Positions 6,344 to 7,932 of a DNA stretch of 7,932 nucleotides are shown here, one piece after another. The stretch lies in the IMG/VR virus record IMGVR_UViG_2529293240_000012, positions 1 to 7,932 of that record. One strand, 5' to 3'. The position numbers and the translations under genes were made by a program. Positions within the stretch are counted from its first letter, which is position 1, and each line of letters begins with the position of its first letter. This stretch comes from a virus. Its lineage: Duplodnaviria > Heunggongvirae > Uroviricota > Caudoviricetes. The notes under the pieces are model-generated. The model was given only the letters and a program-made list of their open reading frames with translations. It did no database searches and was not told the DNA's origin.

Positions 6344-7206
6344 GCTTAGTCAGCCGTTGTCTCCGGGTGTCGCGTGCGCAGTTGCACGTCATTCTCAGAC
6401 GAACCGATGACTGGATGGATGGCCGCCGCAGTCGTCACACTGATGATACGGATGTGCTTCTCCGTATACACCATGTTATCGGAGAGCTGCCCACGTATGG
6501 TTATCGTCGGGTATGGGCGCTGCTTCGCAGACAGGCAGAACTTGATGGTATGCCTGCGATCAATGCCAAACGTGTTTACCGGATCATGCGCCAGAATGCG
6601 CTGTTGCTTGAGCGAAAACCTGCTGTACCGCCATCGAGACGGGCACATACAGGCAGAGTAGCCGTGAAAGAAAGCAATCAGCGATGGTGCTCTGACGGGT
6701 TCGAGTTCTGCTGTGATAACGGAGAGAGACTGCGTGTCACGTTCGCGCTGGACTGCTGTGATCGTGAGGCACTGCACTGGGCGGTGACTACCGGCGGCTT
6801 CAACAGTGAAACAGTACAGGACGTCATGCTGGGAGCGGTGGAACGCCGCTTCGGCAACGATCTTCCGTCGTCTCCAGTGGAGTGGCTGACGGATAATGGT
6901 TCATGCTACCGGGCTAATGAAACACGCCAGTTCGCCCGGATGTTGGGACTTGAACCGAAGAACACGGCGGTGCGGAGTCCGGAGAGTAACGGAATAGCAG
7001 AGAGCTTCGTGAAAACGATAAAGCGTGACTACATCAGTATCATGCCCAAACCAGACGGGTTAACGGCAGCAAAGAACCTTGCAGAGGCGTTCGAGCATTA
7101 TAACGAATGGCATCCGCATAGTGCGCTGGGTTATCGCTCGCCACGGGAATATCTGCGGCAGCGGGCTTGTAATGGGTTAAGTGATAACAGATGTCTGGAA
7201 ATATAG
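6301..7206 (+). CDS. insD: IS2 transposase OrfB (InsD, DDE catalytic domain)
   Basis: 301-aa ORF starting at GTG 6301, matching IS2 InsD as I recall it; uninterrupted. Confidence 0.9.
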   Translation: MDSARALIARGWGVSLVSRCLRVSRAQLHVILRRTDDWMDGRRSRHTDDTDVLLRIHHVIGELPTYGYRRVWALLRRQAELDGMPAINAKRVYRIMRQNALLLERKPAVPPSRRAHTGRVAVKESNQRWCSDGFEFCCDNGERLRVTFALDCCDREALHWAVTTGGFNSETVQDVMLGAVERRFGNDLPSSPVEWLTDNGSCYRANETRQFARMLGLEPKNTAVRSPESNGIAESFVKTIKRDYISIMPKPDGLTAAKNLAEAFEHYNEWHPHSALGYRSPREYLRQRACNGLSDNRCLEI

Positions 7207-7830
7207 GGGCAAATCCAGAGAGTTCTCCGCTTCATATTGCTCAAAGAGGCTCGCTATGGTAATGCTAGGCGTAACTTCTGGTTTTACTTCTGGAGCACTA
7301 ACAGATAGGGACACAGGGGCTTGGTCATCTTGCCGATCAATATCATTAAAACGATCGACGTAATCTATCAGAGGCTGACTATCTCCCGCTTCGATACGCC
7401 TCATACAGGCTTTTAGCACCTTCAGGGCCTCATTGATGTAACGATGCTGGTCAATACTTAGCGGCTCACTAGCCAGAGCATCGGTAAGGCTCTCACCAAG
7501 TTCTCCGTATTGGTCCCGGTAGATATCCCTCATGTCAGGCTCAAAGAGATCTGAACGGCCCATAGACAGTTCACACTCAGCGATGTCCTTAAGGTGCTCC
7601 CTCATCTCCTCATAGGTAGCGTTGGGTCTGTCTGCGTGTATTGCCTTGAGTGCTGCCTTGATGTGCCTTGAGTGAGCCATAGCGGTGCGTCTATCCTTGG
7701 TCCGTAATGATACTGAGGTCATTCTATCATTGTTTGATTGTCTGACCCGAAGACGGAAGTAGTAGACGCCGTTACGCTGGTAGAGATAGGAGACGGCTGG
7801 AAGTTTGTGACTACTGGATAGCTGAATCAT
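7177..7830 (-). CDS. Tyrosine integrase-like protein, N-terminal fragment (arm-type DNA-binding domain); 3' end replaced by IS2
   Basis: N-terminus ..[38 protein letters not shown].. fits the arm-binding motif of phage integrases (compare the ..SLGTKDKRQA.. segment I recall from DLP12 IntD). The last 13 codons and the stop lie inside the IS2 right inverted repeat (7177-7217), so the native gene is cut at 7218. No downstream catalytic domain in the window. The frame is also open upstream of the ATG at 7830 to the window edge, but that extension does not look coding. Confidence 0.45.
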   Translation of the reverse strand: MIQLSSSHKLPAVSYLYQRNGVYYFRLRVRQSNNDRMTSVSLRTKDRRTAMAHSRHIKAALKAIHADRPNATYEEMREHLKDIAECELSMGRSDLFEPDMRDIYRDQYGELGESLTDALASEPLSIDQHRYINEALKVLKACMRRIEAGDSQPLIDYVDRFNDIDRQDDQAPVSLSVSAPEVKPEVTPSITIASLFEQYEAENSLDLPLYFQTSVIT

Positions 7831-7932
7831 ATGTCTGTATGCCCTGAGAGGGTTACACAGTGGGTTACAGTAAGTAACTCTGCAAGGAGGCTTAAAGCCA
7901 TATCCCTTAGGATTCAGTAAGTTGGAATACTT

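Larger units (their letters stand above)
5887..7217 (+). mobile_element. IS2 (IS3 family), complete 1331-bp copy
   Basis: Starts TAGACTGGCCCCCTGAATCTCCAGACAACC and ends ..CAGATGTCTGGAAATATAGGGGCAAATCCA, which I recognise as the IS2 ends. Length 1331 bp; both orfA and orfB intact. Flanking 5-mers differ (TGCTA left, GAGAG right), so no target-site duplication. Confidence 0.95.

Noticed and set aside
5723-6777. ORFs 5723..5914 (-) and 5727..5924 (-) crossing the IS2 left end, and 6043..6270 (-), 6113..6313 (-), 6346..6777 (-), 6374..6661 (+) inside IS2.
   Set aside because: The first two start inside the IS2 inverted repeat and read out into non-coding DNA with no integrase-like or other motifs. 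The rest are alternative frames of insC/insD.
7831-7932. Possible tRNA gene or attachment site beside the integrase-like gene.
   Set aside because: No tRNA-like stems and no GTTC-type T-loop signature are visible in these 100 bp, so no attachment site can be called from the window.
1-7932. CRISPR arrays, rRNA genes, and recognisable defence or toxin-antitoxin systems.
   Set aside because: No regularly spaced repeats of 25-40 bp, no rRNA-like sequence, and no recognisable nuclease, methyltransferase or toxin motifs in any ORF; the only repeats are IS terminal repeats and the short motifs reported above.

Overview
This window looks like a decayed lambdoid (Gifsy-like) prophage head–tail junction module on the minus strand, broken up by two insertion sequences, most likely from Shigella or E. 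coli. All calls rest on reading the sequence and on recalled family signatures; no database search was run. From left to right: a lambda gpU-like tail terminator gene (frameshifted near its 3' end), a gpZ-like minor tail gene, an FII-position head–tail joining gene, a DUF2190-like small head gene, and a large ClpP-like protease–scaffold–major capsid fusion gene whose 5' part is interrupted by an IS600-like element (3213..4477, orfB frameshifted). Between IS600 and a complete IS2 (5887..7217) lies a 1.4 kb segment with a 41-codon gene stub, a Rha-family regulator gene translationally coupled to a 74-aa unknown ORF, and an exact 17-bp palindrome-containing repeat present twice. Right of IS2 is the N-terminal part of an integrase-like gene that reads into IS2. 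Neither IS has a target-site duplication, so both probably sit at rearrangement or deletion junctions. I found no CRISPR array, tRNA or rRNA, and no recognisable defence or toxin system. The most plausible candidate for something undescribed is the Rha-like/74-aa pair with its repeats, and that remains a hypothesis.
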